Source: Candidatus Binatia bacterium
GTDB lineage: Bacteria > Desulfobacterota > Binatia > UTPRO1
Direction: 5' to 3'
DNA: 64,000 bases
Assembly (NCBI GenBank): GCA_036496285.1
Contig: DASXLI010000019.1
Location: 8,244-72,243 of the forward strand
The notes below the pieces were generated by a model. That model did not search any database and had not been told where the DNA came from. It saw only the letters and a list, made by a program, of their open reading frames with translations. Position numbers and translations under genes: made by a program. How positions within the stretch are numbered: position 1 is the first letter of the stretch; each line of letters begins with the position of its first letter. This document shows, piece by piece, positions 8,807-16,525 of this stretch.

Positions 8807-9567
8807 CGCGGCGCGATCCGTCCTGCCCCGCTCATCCATAGCCCGAGGTAGCCCACCGCGAGCCCGAGCGCGACCGCGACGAGCAGCCAGTCGCCGGCAT
8901 CGGCCGGCGGCCGCGGCAATCCGGTGCGCGTGCGCCCGGCGCTGAAGCCGCGCACCTCGAGCGCGAAGGCCATCTGATCGGCGCGGCGCAGGCCGCCGAT
9001 GAACACCGGCACGATGATGGGCACGTAGCGCGCGATGCGCTGGTCGATCCGTCCGCGGCTGAAGTCGAGACCGCGGCAGCGCTGCGCGTCAACGACCGTC
9101 AGCGCCGAGTCGAGGAAGACCGGCACGAGGCGGAAGGCGAGGGTCACGACGAAGCCGACGCGATACGGGACGCCGAGGCGCGTCAGCGCCCAGGCGAACT
9201 CCTCGACCGTGGTGATCGCAAGGAAGAGGAGCCCGGCCGCGAGGAACGTCTCGAGCTTGAGCGCCATGCCGAGACCGAAGCGCCAGGCCTCCGACGGGTC
9301 GGCGGTGGCGCGCGCCGGGTAGAAGAACGTCCAGATCGCGAGCGTGAACACGAACACGGGCACGATGACCCAGCGCAGCCGCCAGAGATTGGCCGTGGCG
9401 CCGGCGGCGACGGTGGCGACGAGGACGAGCGCGGTGAGCGGCGCGATGGCGCGGGGATCGTCGAGCAGGAACGCGGCGACGAAGAGCAGCACCATCGCCA
9501 CGAGCTTCGCGACCGGGTGGCGGCGGTGCAGGACGCTGCCGCGGTCGAGGTAGAGGGAGAGCGCCAT
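8803..9567 (-). CDS. ecfT: energy-coupling-factor transporter transmembrane subunit (EcfT/CbiQ family)
   Basis: Start MALSLYLDRGSVLHRRHPVAKL. Multi-TM protein with the conserved LAFRLVP....ARGLDF-like coupling helices (AQRCRGLDFS; ALEVRGF). It lies 1 nt after the ATPase stop. Confidence 0.85.
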   Translation of the reverse strand: MALSLYLDRGSVLHRRHPVAKLVAMVLLFVAAFLLDDPRAIAPLTALVLVATVAAGATANLWRLRWVIVPVFVFTLAIWTFFYPARATADPSEAWRFGLGMALKLETFLAAGLLFLAITTVEEFAWALTRLGVPYRVGFVVTLAFRLVPVFLDSALTVVDAQRCRGLDFSRGRIDQRIARYVPIIVPVFIGGLRRADQMAFALEVRGFSAGRTRTGLPRPPADAGDWLLVAVALGLAVGYLGLWMSGAGRIAPR

Positions 9568-9568
9568 T

Positions 9569-11245
9569 TCAGGAGGCGGCCTCCGTGAGGACACCGACGA
9601 GCTCGTCCACCGAGCGGACGGCGTGGCCGAACGCCAGCCCGACCCTGGTCGCGGGCGGCGGATCGAAGGCGGCCGCGGCCGTCAACGCGGGGTCGGCGAC
9701 GAAACGCGCGAAGTCGCCGTCGAAGACGAGCCGGCCCTCGCGCATGACGAGCACGCGCTCGGCGTACCCGGCGACCACCCACGGCGTATGCGTGATGAGC
9801 ACGATTGCGGTGCCCGCTGCGCGCAGGCGTACGAGCAGCTCGAGCATGCGGCGCTGCTGCGGATGGTCGAGGCCGGTCGTGGGCTCGTCGAGGATGAGCA
9901 CGCGCGGCGCCATCGCCAGGACCGTCGCGACCGCGAGCCGCTGGCGCTCGCCCTTCGAGAGCAGGAACGGATCGTCGTCACGGCGCTCGGCGAGGCCGAC
10001 CGCCTCGAGCGTCTCGCGCACGCGCGCCGCGAGCGCGTCGCCGTCGAGGCCGAAGTTGCGCGGGCCGAACGCCACCTCCTCCGCAACCGTCGCGGCAAAG
10101 AGCTGGTCGTCGGGGTTCTGGAAGACGTAGCTGACCTGCTGCGCCACCCGGTCGAGCGGCAGTTGCGCGACGTCCGCGCCCTCGAGCCGGATGCTGCCCT
10201 GGGTAGCGCGCAGGAGGCCGTTCAGGTGCTTCGCGAGCGTCGTCTTGCCGGAGCCGTTCCGCCCCACGATGGCGATCAGCTCGCCCGGCCGGATGGCGAG
10301 GCTCACGTCGTCAACGGCGGGTGCGCCGTCACGATAGCGATGGGTGACGCGCTCGACCTCCAATATGGGCGCGATCGGCGCGGCGTCGCGCGCCGCTGGC
10401 GCGGGCCGGGGCGCCGCCGGCGCCGGGGTCGTCGCCAAAGGGAAGCGCCGCCGCAGCTCCGCGACCGCGTCGGGCACACGAAGCGGCAGCTCGAGCCCGA
10501 GACGCTGGCCGAGCACCGCGAGATCGTGCGGGCGGACGCCGCAGGCGACGAACGCGTCGACGTCGCGCGCCAGCGTCCCGGCGGGCCCGCTCGCGACGAC
10601 CGTTCCCGCGCGCATGAGGTAGAGCCGGTCGGCCTCGACGAGCGGCTCGATCTCGTGCTCGACCGCGACGAGCGCGAGGTCCTGTGCACGCAGGCGCTGC
10701 AGGGTCGCGTAGAGCTCCTGGCGTCCGACCGGATCGAGATCGGTCGCCGCCTCGTCGAGCAGCACCACGCCCGGTGCCATCGCGAGGATGCTGGCGATCG
10801 CCAGGCGCTGCTTCTGGCCGCCGGAGAGCTCGCGCGGGTCGCGTTGGGTCACGTCGCGCAGCTCGACGCGTGCGAGCGCCTCGTCGACGCGCCGGGCGAT
10901 CTCCGCCGGCGGCACCGCGAGCTGCGTCGGCCCGAACGCGACTTCGAGGCGGACGTTGGTCGAAAAGAGCTGCGCCTCGAAGTCCTGGAAGACCATCGCC
11001 ACGCGGCCGGCGAGCGCTCCGGTCGGCGCGCCGAGCACGTCCTCGCCGTCGAGCAGGATCGCGCCGGAGGTCTCGGCAGGCGCGAGGGACGGCACGAGGC
11101 CGTTCACGCAGCGGAGCAACGTCGACTTGCCCGCACCGCTCGCACCCATGACCGCCACGAGCTCGCCCGCCCCGGCGATCAGCGACACCCCGGCGAGCGC
11201 CTGCGCGGGCGGGTCGGCGAAGCGGCAGGTCAGCGCGCGCAGCAT
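9569..11245 (-). CDS. fused tandem ECF/ABC ATPase (EcfA-EcfA' type, two nucleotide-binding domains)
   Basis: Two Walker A motifs (GASGAGKST; GRNGSGKTT), two signatures (LSGGQKQR; LSKGERQR) and two Walker B motifs (LLDEA; ILDEP). An alternative GTG start at 11287 would overlap the S-component stop (GTGA). Confidence 0.9.
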   Translation of the reverse strand: MLRALTCRFADPPAQALAGVSLIAGAGELVAVMGASGAGKSTLLRCVNGLVPSLAPAETSGAILLDGEDVLGAPTGALAGRVAMVFQDFEAQLFSTNVRLEVAFGPTQLAVPPAEIARRVDEALARVELRDVTQRDPRELSGGQKQRLAIASILAMAPGVVLLDEAATDLDPVGRQELYATLQRLRAQDLALVAVEHEIEPLVEADRLYLMRAGTVVASGPAGTLARDVDAFVACGVRPHDLAVLGQRLGLELPLRVPDAVAELRRRFPLATTPAPAAPRPAPAARDAAPIAPILEVERVTHRYRDGAPAVDDVSLAIRPGELIAIVGRNGSGKTTLAKHLNGLLRATQGSIRLEGADVAQLPLDRVAQQVSYVFQNPDDQLFAATVAEEVAFGPRNFGLDGDALAARVRETLEAVGLAERRDDDPFLLSKGERQRLAVATVLAMAPRVLILDEPTTGLDHPQQRRMLELLVRLRAAGTAIVLITHTPWVVAGYAERVLVMREGRLVFDGDFARFVADPALTAAAAFDPPPATRVGLAFGHAVRSVDELVGVLTEAAS

Positions 11246-11283
11246 GAGGCGGGGCGCGGGCGCCGACGCGGCGTTCGCGGCGC

Positions 11284-12075
11284 TCACAAGAGGAGCAAGC
11301 CCGCCGTCGCCGTCGCGAGCGACGGCAGCACGAGCACGAGGAAGCGCAGATTGCGCGACAGGGTGACGAGCGTCGTGCCGTCGAGCCAGCCGCCCGAGGC
11401 GAGATTGCCGAGCACGAACGCGAGCACCGTGCCGGCGACCGCCAGCGTGACGCCGAGCGCGCGTCGCCACACCGGACGCCGCGGCGGCGCGCCGAGGATG
11501 TCGACGTAAAGGAGACGCGCCCGCCGCACCCGCGGGTAGAGGACGGCGAGCAGCAACGGAGCGAGGATGGCGCTCGTCACGAAGTCATTCACCACGATCA
11601 CGTTGGCGAGCACCGCGAACGGCACGAAGCCGAGAAGCTGGAGCCCGAAGCCGACGGTCGCGGCGCAGAGCATGGACGCCGCGGCGATGATGCCGAGCAG
11701 CAGCGCCCAGCCGCCGACCGTACGCGGCACCGGCTCGCCTGCACCCGCCGGGGTGTCACCCGGGGCGAATGCGCGCCACAGGCGGTAGGGCATGAGCGCG
11801 TACAGGAAGTTGCCGACGAAGCCGAAGAGATCGCCCGGGCCAAGGCCCGTGAAGAAGTCGCCGATCAGGTTGCCGAACGCCGCGCCCCAGGCCGCCGCCG
11901 GACCGAAGAGGAACGAGAACACGACCGGCAGCGCATTCGCCGGGCGGAAGTTGGTAAGGCCCGGGATGAGCGGAATGACCATGAACGGGATCAGAACCGC
12001 GGCGAAGAGCGAAGCACACATGGCCGTGAGCACGACCATCCGCGTGTTCCGCCACATGTCCACAAGCTCACGCAC
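11284..12075 (-). CDS. ECF transporter substrate-specific (S) component, QueT-like; substrate unknown
   Basis: Polytopic membrane protein containing FRPANALPVVFSFLFGPAAAWGAAFGNLIGDFFTGLGPGDLFGFVGN, the pattern seen in QueT/other S components. It heads the S-AA'-T operon. The start is uncertain (GTG 12075 or ATG 12057). Confidence 0.6.
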   Translation of the reverse strand: MRELVDMWRNTRMVVLTAMCASLFAAVLIPFMVIPLIPGLTNFRPANALPVVFSFLFGPAAAWGAAFGNLIGDFFTGLGPGDLFGFVGNFLYALMPYRLWRAFAPGDTPAGAGEPVPRTVGGWALLLGIIAAASMLCAATVGFGLQLLGFVPFAVLANVIVVNDFVTSAILAPLLLAVLYPRVRRARLLYVDILGAPPRRPVWRRALGVTLAVAGTVLAFVLGNLASGGWLDGTTLVTLSRNLRFLVLVLPSLATATAGLLLL

Positions 12076-12122
12076 GAACCACCTGCCCGCAGCCGCCGCT
12101 CGTATGGTACGATTGTCGTCAT

Positions 12123-12689
12123 GTGGTCAAGGCGAGCGGGACGACGACCATGACGCGCGGCCGGTTCCTGCGCCTCGAGTGGCTGCTCTCCGCGGCGATG
12201 GTCACGATCGGCCTCGCGTGGGCGACGCTGCGGCACCTGCCGATCGCCGCGCGCTGCCAGCCGACGCCGATCGCGATCGCGTCGGGGGCGCTCGTCGGCG
12301 CCCTGCTGTGGCTCGCGATTCCGCTCCTCTTCTGGGCGCCCGCGATGCGGCGCGTGCGCGATACGACGCTCCTACCGTTCAGCCGCTCGCTCCGCACCCG
12401 CGACATCGCGGTGATCGCCGTGCTCTCGGGCGCATCGGAGGAGTTCTTCTTCCGCGGCGTGCTGCTGCCGGAGGTCGGGCTCGCGCTCTCCAGCGTGCTG
12501 TTCGGCCTGCTGCACGCGGTCAACTGGATCTACGTCGCCTGGGCGGCGGCGACCGGCGCGGGGCTCGGGCTCCTCGCCAACCACGGCGGCTCGCTGGTGG
12601 CGCCCGTCGTCGCGCACGCCACGTACAACTTCGGCGCGCTCATACTGCTCCGCCGTCAGGCAATGACGCCCGACGCCGAGCGGCGCTGA
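12123..12689 (+). CDS. CPBP family (CAAX-type) intramembrane metalloprotease
   Basis: Contains SEEFFFRGVL (EExxxR), FGLLHAVNW and VVAHATYNF. Start uncertain (GTG 12123 or ATG 12150). Confidence 0.8.
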   Translation: MVKASGTTTMTRGRFLRLEWLLSAAMVTIGLAWATLRHLPIAARCQPTPIAIASGALVGALLWLAIPLLFWAPAMRRVRDTTLLPFSRSLRTRDIAVIAVLSGASEEFFFRGVLLPEVGLALSSVLFGLLHAVNWIYVAWAAATGAGLGLLANHGGSLVAPVVAHATYNFGALILLRRQAMTPDAERR

Positions 12690-12776
12690 CCCGCGCACGA
12701 ATTGCGTCCTTGCCCGGCTTCCGTTAGCGTCGAGCGGCACGAGCGTCCCCGTTCCGCGCGCTCGGGAGGAGCCGAC

Positions 12777-13808
12777 ATGACCCGTCTCGCGATTGTGCTC
12801 GTGGCGCTCGTCGCCACCGCCGGCTGTGGCAGCAGCACCAAGCCGAAGCTCAGCGCAGACGCGTATTACAAGGACGCGTCCGACGCCTTCGCGAAACGCA
12901 ACTACGATGTCGCCGCCAACCACTACAAGGAGCTGCTCGACCAGTATCCGTTCGATCCGCGCGCTGAGGAGGCCGAGCTGAAGATCGCGACCGCGCACTA
13001 CAAGAGCCATCACTACCCGGAGGCGATCGCGGCCTTCAACGACTTCCAGCGCATGCATCCGATGAGCCCGCACCTCGCCCAGGTCTACTACCTGCTCGGC
13101 AAGAGCTACATGGATCAGATGACGACGACCGACCGCGATCAAGGCGCGTCGGAGAACGCGCACGGCTGGTTCCGCGTCGTCATCGAGCGCTATCCGACCA
13201 GCCCGTACGCGGCGAAGGCCCAGCACCGTCTCGTCCAGTGCCGCTACGCGCTCGCCGATCACGAGCTGCGCATCGCCAGGTACTACCTGAAGCGCGGCAA
13301 CCTGAAGGCCGGCGAGAACCGCGTGAAGGGCCTGCTCGAGAACTACCCTGACGCCCCCGCAACGACACGTGGGCTCATGGCGTTGGCCGACGCCTACGCC
13401 AAGGTCGGCGACCACGAGCACGAGAGCGTCGCCCGCGCCGCGATCGCCGAGCGGCCGAGCCCCGAGGACGTCGAGAGCAAGCTCGCAACGAGCGCGCCGA
13501 AGGGGAAGAAGTCCGACAGGAAGAAGGACAAGAGCACCCAGACGGCCGCGGCCGACCCCCCGGCGGGTGCAGACGACCCGCCCGCACGCGTCGTCGCGGC
13601 GACGGCGCCGACCGTCAGCGGACCGGCGTCGACGCAGCTGCTCGCCGACCTCACCGCGCGCTACGGCCCGGGCCAGGGGGTCAGCACCGCCGCAACCTCG
13701 CCCTCGCTGCTCGATCCGGTCAAGAACAAGGCGAGCCTGCTGGGCGACCGTGCCGCCGGCGGCGGTGCCGGGGCGCCGAGCAGCATGGCACCGCTCGGCG
13801 GGTACTGA
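12777..13808 (+). CDS. bamD: outer membrane protein assembly factor BamD-like TPR lipoprotein
   Basis: The ATG at 12777 follows GGGAGGAG. It has a lipobox, LVATAGC. TPR-like YfiO pattern present: AHYKSHHYPEAIAAFNDFQRMHP, YPTSPYAAKAQHRLVQCRYALADHELRIARYYLKRGN. The C-terminal tail is low-complexity. Confidence 0.8.
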   Translation: MTRLAIVLVALVATAGCGSSTKPKLSADAYYKDASDAFAKRNYDVAANHYKELLDQYPFDPRAEEAELKIATAHYKSHHYPEAIAAFNDFQRMHPMSPHLAQVYYLLGKSYMDQMTTTDRDQGASENAHGWFRVVIERYPTSPYAAKAQHRLVQCRYALADHELRIARYYLKRGNLKAGENRVKGLLENYPDAPATTRGLMALADAYAKVGDHEHESVARAAIAERPSPEDVESKLATSAPKGKKSDRKKDKSTQTAAADPPAGADDPPARVVAATAPTVSGPASTQLLADLTARYGPGQGVSTAATSPSLLDPVKNKASLLGDRAAGGGAGAPSSMAPLGGY

Positions 13809-13809
13809 G

Positions 13810-14505
13810 GTGCGTGACGCCGCCGTCGCCATCGTGGGCGTCGGCGCGCTCGGCTGCGCGGCTGCCGAGGGACTCGCCTGCGCCGGGGTCGGCCGCCTCG
13901 TCCTCCTCGACGGCGACGTCGTGGAGCGCTCCAACCTGCATCGCCAGCTCCTGCACCGCGACGCCGACCGCGGGCGCCCGAAGGTCGAGTCGGCGGCCGA
14001 GCGTCTGGCGGCGCTCGCCCCCGGCTGCGCGATCGATTGCCGGGCGGTCCGCGTCACGGCCGAGAACGCCGTGGACCTGCTCGCCGACGCGACCTGCATC
14101 GTCGACGCGACCGACGGCTTCGAGAGCAAGTTCCTGCTGAACGACGCCGCCGTCGCGCTCGGCACGCCGCTCGTCCACGCCGGCATCGTGCGCTTCCTCG
14201 GGCAGCTGATGACGATCATCCCCGGGCTGAGCGCCTGCTATCGGTGCCTCTTCGTGGCGCCGCCGCGCCCGGGCGACGTGCCGTCCTGCCAGGAGGCCGG
14301 CGTGCTCGGCTCCCTCGCGGGGACCATCGGCCTCTTGCAGGCGGCCGAGGTCCTTCGCTACCTGACCGGGAGTGGTCCGCTCCTGACCGACCGGTTGCTC
14401 ACCTACGACGCGCTGGCGAACCGCTTCCGCCACGTTCGCTTGCGCCGCAACCCGTCGTGCCCGGTATGCGCCGCGAGGCTCGCGGCAGCCCCCCGCAACC
14501 GCTAG
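13810..14505 (+). CDS. ThiF/MoeB-type adenylyltransferase (E1-like), N-terminally short (called ThiF-A here)
   Basis: GTG start 1 nt after the bamD stop. The protein starts VRDAAVAIVGVGALG (GxGxxG). It has ERSNLHRQ, GRPKVE, DATD and two CxxC pairs (CYRC, CPVC). No RYSRQ N-terminal segment and no rhodanese domain are present. Confidence 0.85.
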   Translation: MRDAAVAIVGVGALGCAAAEGLACAGVGRLVLLDGDVVERSNLHRQLLHRDADRGRPKVESAAERLAALAPGCAIDCRAVRVTAENAVDLLADATCIVDATDGFESKFLLNDAAVALGTPLVHAGIVRFLGQLMTIIPGLSACYRCLFVAPPRPGDVPSCQEAGVLGSLAGTIGLLQAAEVLRYLTGSGPLLTDRLLTYDALANRFRHVRLRRNPSCPVCAARLAAAPRNR

Positions 14506-14531
14506 AAGAACCCGAAGAGAGGAGAGTCAGC

Positions 14532-14813
14532 ATGGCCATCCAGGTTCGCATCCCCACCCCGCTCCGCAAGCTCACGGGCGGCGCCGAGTCCGTGAGCGGC
14601 AGCGGCGCCACCGTCGCCGCCCTCGTCCAGGACCTCGAGACCCGACACCCCGGCCTCAAAGAGCGCATCTGCGACGACGCCGGCAAGGTACGGCGCTTCG
14701 TCAACGTCTACGTGAACGGCGACGACATCCGCTTCCTCGACAACCTCGACACGCCCGTGAAGGACGGCGACGAGATTTCGATCGTCCCGGCAATCGCCGG
14801 CGGCACGCGCTGA
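14532..14813 (+). CDS. cysO: CysO-type (ThiS/MoaD fold) sulfur-carrier protein
   Basis: 93 aa. IQVRIPTPLRKLTGGAESVSGSGATV...RFVNVYVNGDDIRF...GDEISIVPAIAGG closely parallels my recollection of M. tuberculosis CysO. The protein ends GG-TR-stop. An RBS (GAGAGGAGAG) lies upstream. Confidence 0.85.
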   Translation: MAIQVRIPTPLRKLTGGAESVSGSGATVAALVQDLETRHPGLKERICDDAGKVRRFVNVYVNGDDIRFLDNLDTPVKDGDEISIVPAIAGGTR

Positions 14814-14855
14814 GCCGGGCGCCACTGCTTCTCGCGACCGACGCGCACCGACCTC

Positions 14856-15773
14856 ATGGCGGGCCCGAACGTCCTGAGCCTCATCGGCAACACGCCGCTC
14901 CTGCGCATTCGCGGGCTCGCCCGCGACGTGCCCGAGGGCGTGCGTGTCTTCGCCAAGCTCGAGGGCTTCAATCCGGGCGGCTCGGTGAAGGACCGTCCGG
15001 CCTACAACATGCTCCGCCGCGGCCTCGAGAGCGGCGAGCTGCGGCCGGGCAAGACGATCCTCGACTCGACGTCGGGCAACACCGGCATCGCGCTCGCGAT
15101 GTGCGGCGCGGTCCTCGGCTATCCGGTCGAGCTGGTGATGCCGGAGAACGTCAGCGCGGAGCGCAAGAAGATCATCAGCGCCTACGGCGCAAAAGTGATC
15201 TTCTCGAGCCCGCTCGAGGGCTCCGACGGTGCCATCCGCCTCTGCCGCGAGGTGCTGAAGCGCGACCCGGAGAAGTATTTCAAGCCCGATCAGTACTTCA
15301 ATCCGGCGAACCCCGAGGCGCACTACAAGACGACGGGCCCCGAGATCTGGGAGCAGACGCAGGGCACGGTGACGCACTTCGTGACCGGGCTCGGCACCGG
15401 CGGCACGATCATGGGCACGGGACGCTATCTCAAGGAGCGCAATCCGAAGATCCAGGTGATCGGCGTCGAGCCCGACGACGCGTTCCACGGCCTCGAGGGC
15501 CTGAAGCACATGGCGAGCTCGATCGTGCCGGGCATCTACCACGAGGAGGAGCTCGACGGGAAAATCCCGGCGCCCACCGAGGAGTCCTACGAGATGGTCC
15601 ATCACATCGGCGCGGTGGAGGGCCTGGTCGTCGGGCAGTCGTCGGGCGCCAACCTCTATGGCGCACTGCAGGTCGCGCGCACGCTCGAGCGCGGCACCGT
15701 GATCACCGTCTTCTGTGACTTCGGCGACCGCTACCTGAGCACCAACCTCTGGATCGGCTGGCAAGGCGCCTAG
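14856..15773 (+). CDS. cysM: PLP-dependent cysteine synthase, CysM (CysO-thiocarboxylate/O-phosphoserine type likely)
   Basis: 305 aa. Motifs: IGNTPLLRI, KLEGFNPGGSVKDRPA (PLP lysine), TSGNTGIALA and GLGTGGTIMG. It lies directly downstream of cysO. Confidence 0.9.
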   Translation: MAGPNVLSLIGNTPLLRIRGLARDVPEGVRVFAKLEGFNPGGSVKDRPAYNMLRRGLESGELRPGKTILDSTSGNTGIALAMCGAVLGYPVELVMPENVSAERKKIISAYGAKVIFSSPLEGSDGAIRLCREVLKRDPEKYFKPDQYFNPANPEAHYKTTGPEIWEQTQGTVTHFVTGLGTGGTIMGTGRYLKERNPKIQVIGVEPDDAFHGLEGLKHMASSIVPGIYHEEELDGKIPAPTEESYEMVHHIGAVEGLVVGQSSGANLYGALQVARTLERGTVITVFCDFGDRYLSTNLWIGWQGA

Positions 15774-15786
15774 CGCCGCGATCGCC

Positions 15787-16365
15787 GTGCGCTTCGACGA
15801 CGCGCAGATCGAGCGCTACAGCCGGCAGATCGTCCTGGCCGAGATCGGACCGAAGGGCCAGGAGACGCTCGCGGCCGCGCACGTCGGCGTGGGCGTCGTC
15901 GGCCCGGCGGCGGAGCGGGTGGTCGCCTATCTGGCGGCGGCGGGCGTCGGCCACCTGACCGTCCCCGCGGCGCTCCGGCCGCTCATCGATCCGGCGCAGC
16001 CCGACGTCACGCTCGCGCCGTGGCCGCCCGCGCCGGGCGCGCACCTGGACGCCGTGCTCGCCGCTCCCGGCGGGAGCGTGGAGGCGCGGCGCCGCTTCTG
16101 GACCGACGGCGGGCGCGCCGCCGAGGTCCCGCCCTGCGCGGCGTGTGCCGCCGCCGCTCTTGGCCCGGAGGACGACGTCGATCCGCTCCTCGCCCCGCTT
16201 CGCGCCGCGGTCCTCGGCACGATCGTCGCGACCGAGATCGTGAAGGCGCTCGTTGGCATTGGCTCGGGGCTGCGCGGCAGCGTGCTCGTCTACGACCCGT
16301 CGAGCGCCGCGTTCACGAGCGCGCCGGTCGCGCCGCGCCTGTCGTGTGCGGTCTGCGCCGGATGA
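15787..16365 (+). CDS. degenerate ThiF/MoeB-like protein lacking adenylation residues (called ThiF-B here)
   Basis: 192 aa with a GTG start. The N-terminus QIERYSRQIVLAEIGPKGQETL matches the MoeB/ThiF N-terminal arm. The nucleotide loop is degenerate (GVGVVGPAAE). The SNLxRQ/K/D segment is replaced by Pro/Ala-rich sequence. It retains CAAC and CAVC pairs and the C-terminal VLVYDP...F segment. Confidence 0.65.
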   Translation: MRFDDAQIERYSRQIVLAEIGPKGQETLAAAHVGVGVVGPAAERVVAYLAAAGVGHLTVPAALRPLIDPAQPDVTLAPWPPAPGAHLDAVLAAPGGSVEARRRFWTDGGRAAEVPPCAACAAAALGPEDDVDPLLAPLRAAVLGTIVATEIVKALVGIGSGLRGSVLVYDPSSAAFTSAPVAPRLSCAVCAG

Positions 16366-16453
16366 CGGCGGAGCCTGGCGCGATCCCCCGAGATCTGCTT
16401 AGGTACCCGCTTCCGCTCCATCCCACGCAACGCTCCCAAGGAGGTTCGGTTCC

Positions 16454-16525
16454 ATGACGCTAGGCTCTTTGCTCCATCGCACTCGCCGCACGATGCCGCT
16501 CGCCGGCCGCGGAGTCCGTTCGTGA
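16454..16525 (+). promoter_or_regulatory. candidate 23-codon upstream ORF translationally coupled to sat
   Basis: AAGGAGG at 16437-16443, then ATG at 16454. It encodes [23 protein letters not shown]. Its TGA (16523-16525) overlaps the sat GTG (16522-16524). Confidence 0.3.

Noticed and set aside
12076-12200. Riboswitch (preQ1/TPP/THF) upstream of the ECF S-component gene; a CCGCTCG...CGAGCGG hairpin is present
   Set aside because: No conserved riboswitch core was found (no CUGAGA/ACCUGAUCUGG for TPP, no A-rich preQ1 tail). The leader is only about 50 nt before it enters the divergent CPBP gene. The hairpin alone is not diagnostic.
12372-14219. 615-aa minus-strand ORF across the CPBP, bamD and thiF-A genes
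   Set aside because: It lies antisense to three genes with clear motifs and has no domain signature of its own. It is a high-GC artefact. The same reasoning applies to 17436-19373 (-), 23659-26067 (+), 28190-29512 (-), 29731-31392 (-) and 33328-35175 (-).
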